This document shows positions 12,901 through 59,021 of a stretch of 64,000 nucleotides of DNA, piece after piece (the stretch's first letter is position 1; the number at the start of each line of letters is the position of its first letter). Where the stretch lies: assembly GCA_051294375.1 (NCBI GenBank), contig CM119269.1, forward strand, positions 9,303,274-9,367,273, in the 5' to 3' direction. This stretch comes from Paraspadella gotoi. Taxonomy: Eukaryota; Animalia; Chaetognatha. Both the position numbers and the translations under genes were made by a program. The notes beneath the pieces were generated by a model. It was not told the origin of the DNA and ran no database searches. It saw only the letters and a list, made by a program, of their open reading frames with translations.

Positions 12901-15430
12901 GAAGATTCTTTGACACCAAAAGAATCCGAGTCTGCGATTCCACCAAGGAATCAAAGATCGTTGACTGATCGACATGAAGGCGGAGATTCCGATACGAGTC
13001 TCGGCGATGTTGAGGGGATGGATGGATGGATGATGAGCGATGGATGAGGGAATGGATGGATGGATGAAATAGAGGATGGATGGAGGAAATGGATGGATGG
13101 ATGGAATGCATAGCACTGGAATGGCATGGATAAGATGAATGATGAAGGGATGGATGGAATGGATTGGATGAAATGGATGAAATGATGAAGGGATTGGATG
13201 GATCGCCAAATGATAGATGGGCATGATAGATTAAATGGATGAAAATGATGAAGGGATGGATGGATGGATGGATAGATAAANNNNNNNNNNNNNNNNNNNN
13301 NNNNNTGGATGAAATGATGAAGGGATGGATGGATGGATGGATAGAGGAATGGATCAATCTCCTTCTAGGGCGACGGAAAAACCGGGGAGGGCGGCGACGA
13401 TGGCAAAGGCGGCGTCAGCGGCGCTAAACCCGGCGACATCGGCGGCGTCATTGAGACCTATTGCGTCAAAGGCACCTGCGCCAATCAATGTGGCGTCTGC
13501 GGCGGCTGTAGCAAGAACGCTTGCGGGCCCAACAGCAACTGCAATCACGGCGGGAAATCCGGCAAAACGGACGTCAACAAAAATCGGAACAACGCCGACA
13601 ACACCGTGAGAGTGGCGGACAACGTTAACTGCTCTAATTGCTGCGGCGGCGGCGGCGAAGGCGGCGTATCCGGTGGCGTACTCGATCGCGGCGGCGCCCC
13701 GCTGGCCCGGCACCTCCTCGCCGACATGAACGTGGCCACACATTGCGACCCCAGCTCCAAACCCGGCCCTACCTGCACGATCAACGATTGTGGTCGGACC
13801 AAGTATTGCCACAAATGTCACGGTGGTCGCGACGACAAACCCGAGGCGTGCCCCATCTGCAATCCGCCCGAATTGGTCTGCGGTCCGGGCGTTTGCGGCA
13901 TCGTCGTCGAATGCGGCGATTGCTGCGAGACGCCGCCCGATTTCAAGGCCTCCTTCCCGAAGATCGCCTACTCTGGCATCGGGCCTTTCCAACTGAAAGT
14001 CTGCGGTCCGATCGCGGGGAAGATCGCCGCCAAGAAGTTGGGACTTAAATGCGCTTATCCGAGTCCGTCAATTGAGGAGAGGTGAAGGGGGCAATTGGTT
14101 TTTCTTTTCTCATTTCTTTCATGATTTATTTGTTTTGTTTTTTTGTTTTTTGTTGCTTTTTTATTGAGTAATGACGTTTTCTTTGAGGATCGATTATCGA
14201 TTGATTCACATTTGTATCGTATTGACAGTTTATGTCGTGTATGACTTTGAAAATTTGACTAAACTTTCCACATTTTCTACCTTCCCATCCATTCCCCCTG
14301 TTACCCATTCCTCTCTTCCCCCTGTTCCACCTTTCCCCTCTTCCTCTTTCCCATTATTTCCCCCTTTCCCCCTTTCTCCCCCTCCCCCCCTCAAACCCAA
14401 AGAATGGACGACCGCTGGTTCAAACCGGACGACGAGGCCGAAAGGCGTCGACTCGAAGCCATTCGCAAGAAGCAAATTCTCGACGCGGAGAACGTCTTCA
14501 CTCGGGAGCGTCTCTTCGGGCGGAGATTCAGCGGCGCAATCTGCGGAGTCGATCAAGTGTTGTGGGATCCGGCCAACGCCCCGCCGCCGCTTGACGACGA
14601 GGGTTCGTATTTTTGATTGATTGAACGATTGAACGATGGACCGTTTAATTAAGTGCTCCCAACAATCTCTTGGTCATCGGTTCTATTAATTGCACGATTT
14701 GCTGCGGCAGTACGCCCTTTTTAAGTCTCACCAAAAAAAAAGCAACGGCAACGGTGTGTAAGTGTGAATTGCTTGAGGCATCGTATTCCACAGATTAAAA
14801 TATGATTTGATTTAGCAATTGAGAGAGAAAGCAAAGTTTATTTTTGTTTACAAACAACGAGTTTTATTTTTCGAACGGACATGTTTCCTCTCTTTTTCGA
14901 GTCTTCTTCAGCGCAATTTTCGATTGAGCTATTCAAATATTCAGGGTAGAAAAATGCCCCCCCCCCATCTTCACTTACTTCAATTCCATCACTCAAACAG
15001 GAAACCCCCCCGCCGCCGGACAAGGGAAGCCTTCTTATCTCTCGGGAGGGAGAAAGGACCGACCGAACGAGTGCGACATAGAACCGACCGTCAAGCATGC
15101 GAGGACCGTCTTGCACGGGAGAGGCGCCGGAAGACGAAGGCTCGGCCCCGCCGGAACAAGAAGTGTCGGAAGGCGCGCCGTCCGAAGGCGCGGCGCCGGA
15201 AGTGAGGCAGCGCCACCTTCCGAAGCATGGGATCCGTAACCGCCGAGGAAGCGCCGCCACCGCCGCCGCCGCCTTCCCCGCCGGAACCGGAGGAAAGCGC
15301 CGCCGAATCTCCGGCGGCCGAGGACGCCGACTTGGCCGCTGAGGCTCCGGCGGAGGAAGCGGCGCCGCCAGAACCAGAAGCGCCGGCCGAGGAAGCGCCG
15401 GCAGAAGAGGCGCCTCCAGCGGAAGAGTGA
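4594..15430 (+). CDS. Uncharacterised RIIa-type D/D-domain protein with acidic tract, CxxxTCG Cys-rich repeats and Pro/Glu/Ala-rich tail
   Basis: Exons 4594-4710, 5026-5192, 5588-5736, 5836-5988, 6246-6375, 6461-6728, 7056-7146, 7499-7868, 8006-8275, 10424-10610, 11092-~11217 (fuller but error-rich copy at 12852-~13008), 13369-14081, 14403-14602, 15001-15430. Exons 1-11 and 12-13 splice in frame; the last exon has frameshifts. VTVPKGFAEVLTVYSKEVVRYQ..LFSAIFFREL resembles the PKA RIIa dimerisation/docking motif. Confidence 0.72.
9062..9254. mobile_element. Helentron-associated (HINE/DINE-1-like) non-autonomous repeat end
   Basis: T-run, then terminal stem-loop TATCGAgCCT-ACCGGC-GAA-GCCGGT-tc-AGGaTCGATA (9079-9115), followed by a (TCG)n microsatellite. 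This is the typical HINE terminal layout. Confidence 0.5.
9257..9883 (-). mobile_element. Internally deleted Tc1/mariner DNA transposon
   Basis: Degenerate TIRs (TA)ctattctaggaaaaaagattagcaaaca / tgatttctaacttttttctactgatag(TA) with flanking TA. The minus-strand remnant 9552-9343 reads, across frameshifts, an HTH-like ..GKTQQFIARDLGIPR.TIANFLRR joined to a Tc1-type C-terminus LYESMP..QAVSSTEGGHTKY*. The DDE core is missing. Confidence 0.75.
12010..13010 (+). repeat. Indel-rich tandem duplicate of ~10150-11217 (two exons of the Cys-rich gene); likely assembly artefact
   Basis: Collinear copy of exons 10424-10610 and 11092-11217 plus introns, differing mostly by single-base indels. Confidence 0.8.
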
Positions 15431-15711
15431 AGAAGATATATTTATTTGAATATTTTCTACTAACTCTGTCACTCTAAATTATGTATGTAAATAACGTTTA
15501 GTAAAGGTTAATCATTTAATTAAATCTCGTTTATTTTAACGTACTAATGATGTTGTGAAGATGGGAAAATCAACGTGACCGACGTCGTCAATTTAATTAA
15601 AAAAAAATAAATTAAATTTATTAAAAAATAAATAAAAAAAAAAACAACCTAGCAAAATAATATTTTTTTTATCAAAGATTCGATTCCTTTGTTCTTTTTT
15701 TTTCTTCCTAT

Positions 15712-18066
15712 TCATTCCCGCCCAACAACGTCCTCGTAAGATGGCGGCGGCGTTGGTGGTTTCCCCGGCGCCGCCGCTTCGTCGCGTCTTCCTGCGGCGC
15801 CCACCGCTTCGGAGTAGGAAGGCGGCGCAGGTTCGAACCCGAAATTCGCGCTGTTAGCGGAGCGCGCCGCCGTAAACGAAGAGGCGTGATATCTCGGCGG
15901 CGTCCCTCTCGTCGTCGGTCGTAAAACCGGCGTTCTTCTTGTCGACGCCGACGACGCCGCAGGAAAGTCGGCATCGCGACGAAGAGCGTGAGATTGACGC
16001 CGCTCGGACCGAAAGTTGACTTCGCCGACGCCGGGACGAAGAATCGGGGTCGTTGAGAACGTCGCAGCGGCTGACCCGGCGGAAGCGACGCCCCGACGCA
16101 GCGCAGATGTGACGGCGGACTCTAGGGCGGCGGAGGCGGCGGCAGCGGCGTCGAGCGGACGAAGGAATTGAGCGTCGCGAAGGGAGACGGAGCTAGGGAC
16201 CTCGGGAGGCGTGGTCCAAGGCGAAGTCTGATGGACGTGAGGGGGTTGAGGACTGAAATGTCTTCAATCTTCTTTTCATTCTTTATTAATTAATAAAAAT
16301 ATCAAATAATCCCAACAATAAAACAGTAGTTATGCCTTTTCGCCCCGACCCGCCCCGTCTCGGTTTTACCATACCCAGTCCTAGTTTTTTTTTTCCCTCC
16401 TTTTTTTTGTTTTTTTTTGTTTTTTACATCTTTCCTTACTTTCGCTTCGTCTTCCCTGACCTGAGTTCCGACCCGAGGTACGTTCACCGCTACTTCTCTC
16501 TCCCACTGCTCCGTCAAACGAGGGTAAGTTCCTCCTCTGTCGCCGGAGTGGTAGGAAGAGCGCGGCAGCAGCTCGTGAGCCGCGAGACGCTGCAGTATCG
16601 TCCGGTGCTGCTCCGCTATCTGTCGCGACGACAACAGATTGGACGACGACAACGGTGACGACGATATCGAAAAGTCATTGTTCGATTCGCTGAGAAGCTC
16701 TGGGGTTTGAGGGGAAAGGGGGGAGGGTGAAAAGGGGTAGGGGGAAAATCGGGACGAGGAAGAGGAAGGGGTGATCATTACGAATGAATTTTCTTTTCTA
16801 TTCGCTTTGTTCTTCCCTCTCGTTTTTCTCGCTAATTCGTTTCTCTTCTTTCTCTTTCTCATCTTTCCTTTCCTTTTAATCCTTTTATTATTTTCATCTA
16901 CCACGCCCTCTTTCCCTACCTCCCTAACTCACCCGCCAGTCTCGAGGCTCCCTCCTCCTCCTCTTCTTCCTCCTGCTCCTCCCTCGCTCTCCTCAGTTCG
17001 GCCAAACTCCTCGGCTTCACGACGCATTCGTGGATGAGGAGAGAGAAGAGGTAAGAGAGAAGAGAGAGAGACCAGAAGAGGAGGACGAGCCACCACCCGG
17101 AGTGGTTTCTGGGAGAGGGTGGTTGAATAAGCGGATGGTAAAGGGGGTGATATGGGAGATGGGCGTAATTTCCTTTGGTGAAAAAATGGACCTTGAGGAG
17201 ACGGTTACACTCTAAACATAGATTTTTTTACGTAGATTCCTTACAAAAATAAGAAGTATAATATTCTCATTTGCATATTGCAGCATTGAGATTTGTCTTG
17301 GTTAGTAAACGTAAATGCAATTTTTTTTTTAATTTATGGAATAAGACAATCGAAGATTACTTTGTATGGTTATTTAGCCTGTTATGTTAATTTATCAGCC
17401 ATTTTATGAAAAGTTGTTAAAGTTTTACTTCTCTATACCTCGTTTTATTTTCACCACCTTCATTCCGGAGAAAAAACGGGAGAAGGACTCCGGTCACGGC
17501 CAACCCGATGCCCATCTGTCGTCCAACAGAATTAAATAAATTCATTTTTTAATTACTTGCTCTCACTTTAACTAATTTCATACCATCTTAGAAAATGAAT
17601 ATTTAAGACTAACTTTTGCCCCCTTTAATATCAAAATCACTGGTAGATAATAATATATTTGAAAAATTCGGTTAATTGTGATTCGATGAGTTATTGTTCG
17701 GTAATATGCGATTAAAAAAACAGTTTCTGAGGTTCAAATGAAAAGAAGGAAGTGAAGAAAATATGGCCTTTTCAATTTTTATGACTATTTTCTAAAAACA
17801 ATCATTTATCACATTATCATAATAATATTCAATTAATCTTCCCATATAAGTAAACTCTTGATTGATTCATTTACACCTCTTAGGTTTTGCCCATAGTTAA
17901 TGATTATCAAAATTTTAAATAATTTCTCACCCAACTGTCAACCCAATCTCCCTCACGCACCAATCCCCCTCACCCAATTGCAGAGACGCGAGATTCGTTT
18001 CCAGCTGCAGCAACAGCAATCAGACAGTTCCAGTTTATCCTGTTCCATGGTGCTGGAGAAATCCAT
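15712..18066 (-). CDS. Predicted two-pass membrane protein with Cys cluster and three PPxY motifs
   Basis: Kozak cccaccATGg at 18066. Exons 18066-17974 (MDFSSTMEQDKLELSDCCCCSWKRISRLCNW), 17515-17458 (MGIGLAVTGVLLPFFLRNE), 17108-16933 (WWLVLLF..; needs one indel), 16699-16461, ~16227-15712 ending ..TPPRYH..PAPPSYSEAV..PPTPPPSYEDVVGRE*. Confidence 0.7.
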
Positions 18067-19677
18067 GGTGGGCCTCGCGGCCTTTTACATTCCTCTCCCT
18101 ACAAACCGATTCTAATCTAAGTCCCATGGGTAAACTCGGTCTATAAGGGCGCAATCTTTATACTGGAGTTAAATCTATCGGACTGGCGTAAATACCGCCG
18201 CTATCGGCGATCGCAGATTTTTTTGTTTTCCATCTTATTGGCGATTAGGTCTCGTCGATCAATCGATCCATCAATCAATCAAAATACATTTATTTTAAAA
18301 TCTTAATGTAAAATTAGAAAGTCTAATTTAGTAAAACAAGTAATCTTGTAATTTTTCATATCGTGTTAAAATTAACATTGGGAAATCGCGTTAATTGTTA
18401 ATTTTTTTTTAGCGAATTTGATCGGTAAATAATTATCCGTGGGGGAAAAAAACTGAATTTACACATCACATACAAATATTGTACAAATGATTATAGTCAC
18501 AAAAAAATAGAAAAATTTTATTTTAGTCAGGAATTTAATCAGCATCGAATACAATATTTCTGACTAAATTTTTAAAAACAATTTTTAAAGATAAAAAATA
18601 TAAAAAGCACACTAATCAAATGCTAAAACGTTCCTTCAATGTTTTAATTTAAACCAGAAAAAAAAATGATAACCGCTTTTCTTTTTTTAACATTAAAATC
18701 CAACGAGTTTCTATGGTTAACTTTAAAAGCGCGAGATTTTGATCTGTTTACATAAGAATCGAATGAAATCTTTTACAAGAATCGAATCGCGGAATGAGAT
18801 GAATGAGATGTAAATGAGAAGAGATGAATGATTCGATTAATGATTCGCTGAATGACATGAATTATTTGATTAAGGAATCAATGAATGATATGAATAAAAA
18901 AATAAAAAAAAAAAAAAAAAAACTAAAGTAAAACTGCTGGTGGTCAATTCGGTTGTGATTTTCTTTAAACATTTTACTCAAGCGAAAAGAAGAAAAAAAG
19001 AAATTTAAAAAAATATTTAAATTTTATTTTACTGGATCGAAAAAAAAATATGGGATAAAAAAAGGCGTAAAAATTGAGATGAAAGAAAAAAAAAGAAAAC
19101 TAAAAGCGATGAAGCGAAAACAAAACAAGATAAATCAATTTTTAAATTTACATTTTAATATTATCAAGTATATAACCTATTTACGTACGTACATCTCGAT
19201 TTTTATTCTTTAGTTTTATAAAAAAAATTTCTCTTTAATAACGATCATTAAATTTTCTGCTAAATTTCAGTTCTCAGACTGAAATAACTGAAGGAGTAAC
19301 TGACCAGTAAAAAAGTCGACAAACCGACAAGTCTACAAACCGACAAGTTGACAAACCGACAAGTCGACAAACCGACAAGTGGACGAGATTCAGGTTCGAT
19401 GGCCGACCATTCATCCCGACTCCCGTCCTTGCAATGCATTCCTCAAAAAAACTTTTCAAAACAAAATTCGTTAAAAAATCTGGGTTAGAAAGAGTTGGCT
19501 TTTATGCAACAATACGTCTGTGAGTTTGTGTGTGGGACTGTAGGTCTGAGTTTGAGTGTGGGACTGTGGGTCTGTGTTTGTGTGTGGGACTGTGAGTCTG
19601 AGTGTGAATACAATGGGTGTTTGTGTGTTCTGGATGAGTGGTCGAGTATCCTCCTTTTGTTTGAACATAAAAAAGTC

Positions 19678-19730
<53 letters not shown>

Positions 19731-20049
19731 AGGAGAGAGAAAGAGAGAGAGAGAGAGAGACCATCAACATTTCTTTTCCGACAAAAGTCATTCATTTTTC
19801 ATGATCGTCGACATTCATGATTTAAAAGCCTCACGGAGCTAAAAATCATTGGAATTTTTTATAAGATGTAAGTTACAAAATTTATATTTAAAATTTAAGT
19901 TTTTATCTTATAAATATATTTTAAATATTTGGTTATTTTTTAATTTATTTAAAAGTTATAAAGGTTATATGCCAAATTAGATAAATTAAAAAAATATTTT
20001 ATAAATTAATAATTTTGATGTCATTAAAAAAAATTGCCTGTTCACCTTC

Positions 20050-20252
20050 GTTTTTCCGGCTCTTTCCCACATCGTGCTCCGCCCAATCGGCCTCGACTGA
20101 AGCTCGCAGCCTCTCGTCGAAGGCCGAGACTCGACGAAAGGTTTCGAAGAGTGTGTGGAGAAGAGAGAGCATCTCAAGGAGGATCGACCCGGCGTCGTCG
20201 TCGTTATCGTCGTCGTCATCGTCGTTGTCGTCGTCGGCACTTCCCAAAGAGT
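20050..20252. other. Exon-like GC-rich island, strand and gene uncertain
   Basis: The minus strand has AG/GT-flanked ..SLGSADDDNDDDDDDNDDDAGSILLEMLSLLHTLFETFRRV... The plus strand has an ORF 20015-20284 and possible downstream + exons (21267-21408, 21504-). I cannot choose between them. Confidence 0.3.
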
Positions 20253-20498
20253 CTGGAATTCCCGCCAAAAAAATACAGATTTAGTGGAGAAAAAAAAGAG
20301 GACCAGTGGTTTTACTTTCGCCAACTTAAACATTTGGATCGAATTTCGTAAACATAAACAAAAACAAGAAAGAAAAAAACTAACAAAACAACAAAAACTG
20401 AAAAAGTCCATCCTTCAAGGTAAATTTTTTTTACGCGAGAAAACTGATTCGTAGTTTTTGTTGGATATTTCGAGCTGTTTCGCCAAAAAACAAAAATA

Positions 20499-20553
<55 letters not shown>

Positions 20554-21048
20554 TCTTCTCTTCTCTCTCTCTTAAAAATTTAACCCAAATTCAAGCTGTG
20601 AAAACGTTTAATATGAAATCATAATATCACTTTCCATTTTAAAGCCTGAAAAACCCCCAAAAAATTGCTGGTTGATGATTTTTTTCTAAAATGTTTGACA
20701 TCCAAAGATTTTTTTTCGATCATGATCACAGAATGTTTTAACATTAGTGAACCCATCACTATAAAGAAATCAAAAGTTAAAGAAGAAAATATTGATTTAT
20801 TGATAAGGAGGCCAAGTTCTTAAACTATGTATGTTATTCTATTGTAAGAGAGATGGAGGCATAAACCCTAACTTGTCCAATGTCAGGGGGCAAGATAAGA
20901 ATGAAAATAAAGAAAAAAGATCAAAGAAAGAGATAAAAGCGGGAAAAAAGATTTCAACCATTGTCACTGAATTTGGAAACAACTTGAGATTAATGACATT
21001 AATTAATCAAGATTCAAATTCTCCGACATTAACTTGGATGAATTGTTG

Positions 21049-21124
<76 letters not shown>

Positions 21125-21359
21125 CCTCACTATTCTTCTTCTTCTTCTTCTTCTTCTTCTTTTTCTTCTTTTTCTTCTTCTTCTTCTTCTTCTTCTTCCC
21201 AATCTCATTCCAAATTTTCCCCACAATAATTTTTTAAAATTTCACTCCATTTCCTTCTCTTCTCAGAAAATTCTAGTTTCATCGCTGGTGAATCCACAAA
21301 AGGAGGAAAAGGAGGAAAGAAAAGAAGAGAAGAAAGAAGAAAAAAAGGAATTTTCATAA

Positions 21360-22222
21360 AAAATGGAGGAACTTATAATATCGGAAGCTATCGAGCCCGT
21401 CATCGAGGTAAACGGCTCCCCCCCTCTCTCTCTCTATCTCTTTTTCTCTTCTCTCTCCTCTTCTCTTCTCTCTCTCTCCCTCTCTTTTAAATGGATTTCT
21501 TAGATCCCAGCCGGCGACGACGTTAATGCAAATACCAAATGGGCTCATTAAAACTGAAGGCGACGAAAAGATTAGATAGAGAGCGCAACAATTACTTGCG
21601 ACATCTCGTGATGATTAAATTATCGTTAATGTCGATCACGTCTTAACAAAAACGACGTCAACCAAAAACCAAGCTACTACAAATGAGAGTATTTAAAATA
21701 TTACTCATTTTCAAATTTTTAACGTTAGTATATACTTCGTAAATTCTATGTCCGTAGCATTCAACAGCCTAGTATATAGATTTTTTTCAATTCTGGATAT
21801 TCTAAATTCACAACTTTTCTCGGTTCACAATAGATCCAACTGCTCCCTCCTTTCACTGATGCACGTATCCGGCCAACTTATAACTGGGCAGACTCCTCAT
21901 CTGATTCGGATAGATCCAGTAGTATCGATTCTCTTTGATCTTCTCCAGCACCTCCTTGTCGAACATCAGCACCGTCTGATACAGGTGCGCGTCGAGATAT
22001 CCTCGTCGCATTTCTTCGTCCTCCTCGAAGATGGAGGGAGAGGGCACTCGAGTGGACGCGCGCTTGCGGGAAGAAGGGCGGCTCGGGGAGGGCTCGTCCA
22101 CACTTGCGCCTTCTATTAAAAAAAAGTTGGGTGGGGAAAGGATAGAAAGGAAACTAAACGCCTTTTCCTTTTTTTCACACTTATCTTAAATCTATATTCA
22201 CTGCACTTAATTAACTTGATTT

Positions 22223-22267
<45 letters not shown>

Positions 22268-22439
22268 CCGTTGCTCTCTTTCCCTCCTTCTTTGATTTTG
22301 TTAATCTCTACTCTCCTCCTCGTCTGGCTCTCCTCGTCTCTCCTCTCTCCTCTTCACCTCTCTCTTCTCTTCTCTCTCTCTCTCTCTCTTTCCTCTCTCC
22401 TTTTCGCTCTCTCTTTCGTCTCTTCCTCTTTTGATTCTT

Positions 22440-22493
<54 letters not shown>

Positions 22494-22548
22494 CTCTCTC
22501 TTCTTCTCTTTCGCTCTCGCTTTCTCTCTTTTTTCCTCTCCTTTCTCT

Positions 22549-22592
<44 letters not shown>

Positions 22593-22715
22593 TTGTCTTG
22601 ATCATCAAGGCTCTCCCTGTCTCTCTCCGTGGAGAATTCAGAGTCAGTATCGCTGTCGCCCTCGATCACTGTCGCCCGCTTCCTCCGGCGCCGATTTCGA
22701 CTTGCGGCGCGACGA
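21360..22715 (-). repeat. Tandem duplicate of ~22741-24030 (last two exons of the MGINESK gene); likely assembly artefact
   Basis: ORFs 21853-22101 and 23223-23471 encode identical 82-aa peptides, and the copies are separated by a short N gap at ~22716-22740. Confidence 0.85.
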
Positions 22716-22800
22716 NNNNNNNNNNNNNNNNNNNNNNNNNAATGGAGGAACTTTTAATATCGGAAGCTATTCGAGCCCGTCATCGAGGTAAACGCTCCCC

Positions 22801-22862
<62 letters not shown>

Positions 22863-23222
22863 TAATGGATTTCTTAGATCCCAGCCGGCGACGACGTTAA
22901 TGCAAATACCAAATGGGCTCATTAAAACTGAAGGCGACGAAAAGATTAGATAGAGAGCGCAACAATTACTTGCGACATCTCGTGATGATTAAATTATCGT
23001 TAATGTCGATCACGTCTTAACAAAACGACGTCAACCAAAACCAAGCTACTACAAATGAGAGTATTTAAAATATTACTCATTTTCAAATTTTTAACGTTAG
23101 TATATACTTCGTAAATTCTATGTCCGTAGCATTCAACAGCCTAGTATATAGATTTTTTTCAATTCTGGATATTCTAAATTCACAACTTTTCTCGTTCACA
23201 ATAGATCCAACTGCTCCCTCTT

Positions 23223-25392
<2,170 letters not shown>

Positions 25393-25400
25393 CTCGTCTT

Positions 25401-25439
<39 letters not shown>

Positions 25440-26756
25440 CTTTTTTCCTTTTTCTTTATTTCACGCAATATTGTTCGCTCATGCAGGCGGGTTTTCCGCA
25501 ATCAGCTGTGAATCGAAGGAGGATTGCAAAGTTTGACGCAGGGGCTAATAATATATCGAGGTTTGCCGCAAGCAACTGGCATGACCTTCAGGTTTGCAGC
25601 AAGGAACATTCATTTTCACTAGGCCTGCAGCAAACGTCACGGCGTGGGTTAGTTTTATAGAGCGAAGAATTTCCTTTACAACAGTAAAACAAAGAATATG
25701 TTGCATCTAATGTCGCCGAGATGCCGCAATATAATCACCGCAGTTTTATCGATGCGTGACGTTAATTTTTCTTTTTCAAATCATCAAAAGTCGAAGCGAA
25801 ACTTTTTCTCTTTAAATCGGAAAAAAAAGACAGAAAAGTAAAGAGAAAAAAATATAAATTTCGCGGTTCTTTTCAAGTTTAATCTTCGTCTCTCGACAAA
25901 AATTATCAAAATAAACAAAAATTGAATTAAACAAAAACAAAACAACACGGGGTTTATTGATTGCGTAGAAAATCATTACCCGCCTCATGTAGTAGTTCCA
26001 GAAAAAAAAATATTCAAAAGTTTTTTTTTCTTAGTTCCTTTTAACCATAATGATTATTCCAAGTATTTTTTTCCTAGTTTTTCCTTTATTTTTATTCTTT
26101 TTTTTTTCTTTATTTTTTTAAATTTTCTATTCAGTCATTGGATTTTGTCATTTCCTATCGTTTTCCTTCTTAGTCTCAATATCGCTCTCCCTTAAAAAAA
26201 ACAACAAAAAAAAAAAAAAACCAAAACCAAACCAAAACCAAAGTTGTGATAACTCTGACGTTGATGAGATTAGAGTGGTGATATAAATAGAAAGAACGAA
26301 AAACAGAAAAATGACTTTGCAAAAACAAAGATAAAAAATAAAAAAACAAAATATCAATAAAATGCTGCATAAATTCTTTACTAATGTTTTGACTGAGATT
26401 AAAATTATGTATTGTCCATCTTACATATGTTAAAAAAAGTTATGTCATTCCAACTTATTCTAGCACTAAGACTTTTGAAAAATAACTAAAGTTATATTCT
26501 TTTAATTTAAAATACTAATTTTAAAATCAAAAAAGCCTCAAAAAGATGCAGAAGTTTGTTCGGTTCGATCGCTGCTTCTAAATTGTGTCGTTTTCCAGTT
26601 GACAGGGTTCTGTTGACAAATGTCTTTTCGGTCGTAACTCGAAAAAACCCATTTGAGGATTTTCATCAGTCACATCGAGCGTGTTTCTTCCTGAACCGAG
26701 AAAACAAAACCAAAAACATAAAAAATACAAAAGATTAAAAAAAAAAGAAAAAGAAA

Positions 26757-59021
<32,265 letters not shown>

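Noticed and set aside
26625-26675. Hammerhead ribozyme on the minus strand (CTGATGA...GAAA)
   Set aside because: Stem II is not closed next to GAAA, and stems I and III cannot be formed.
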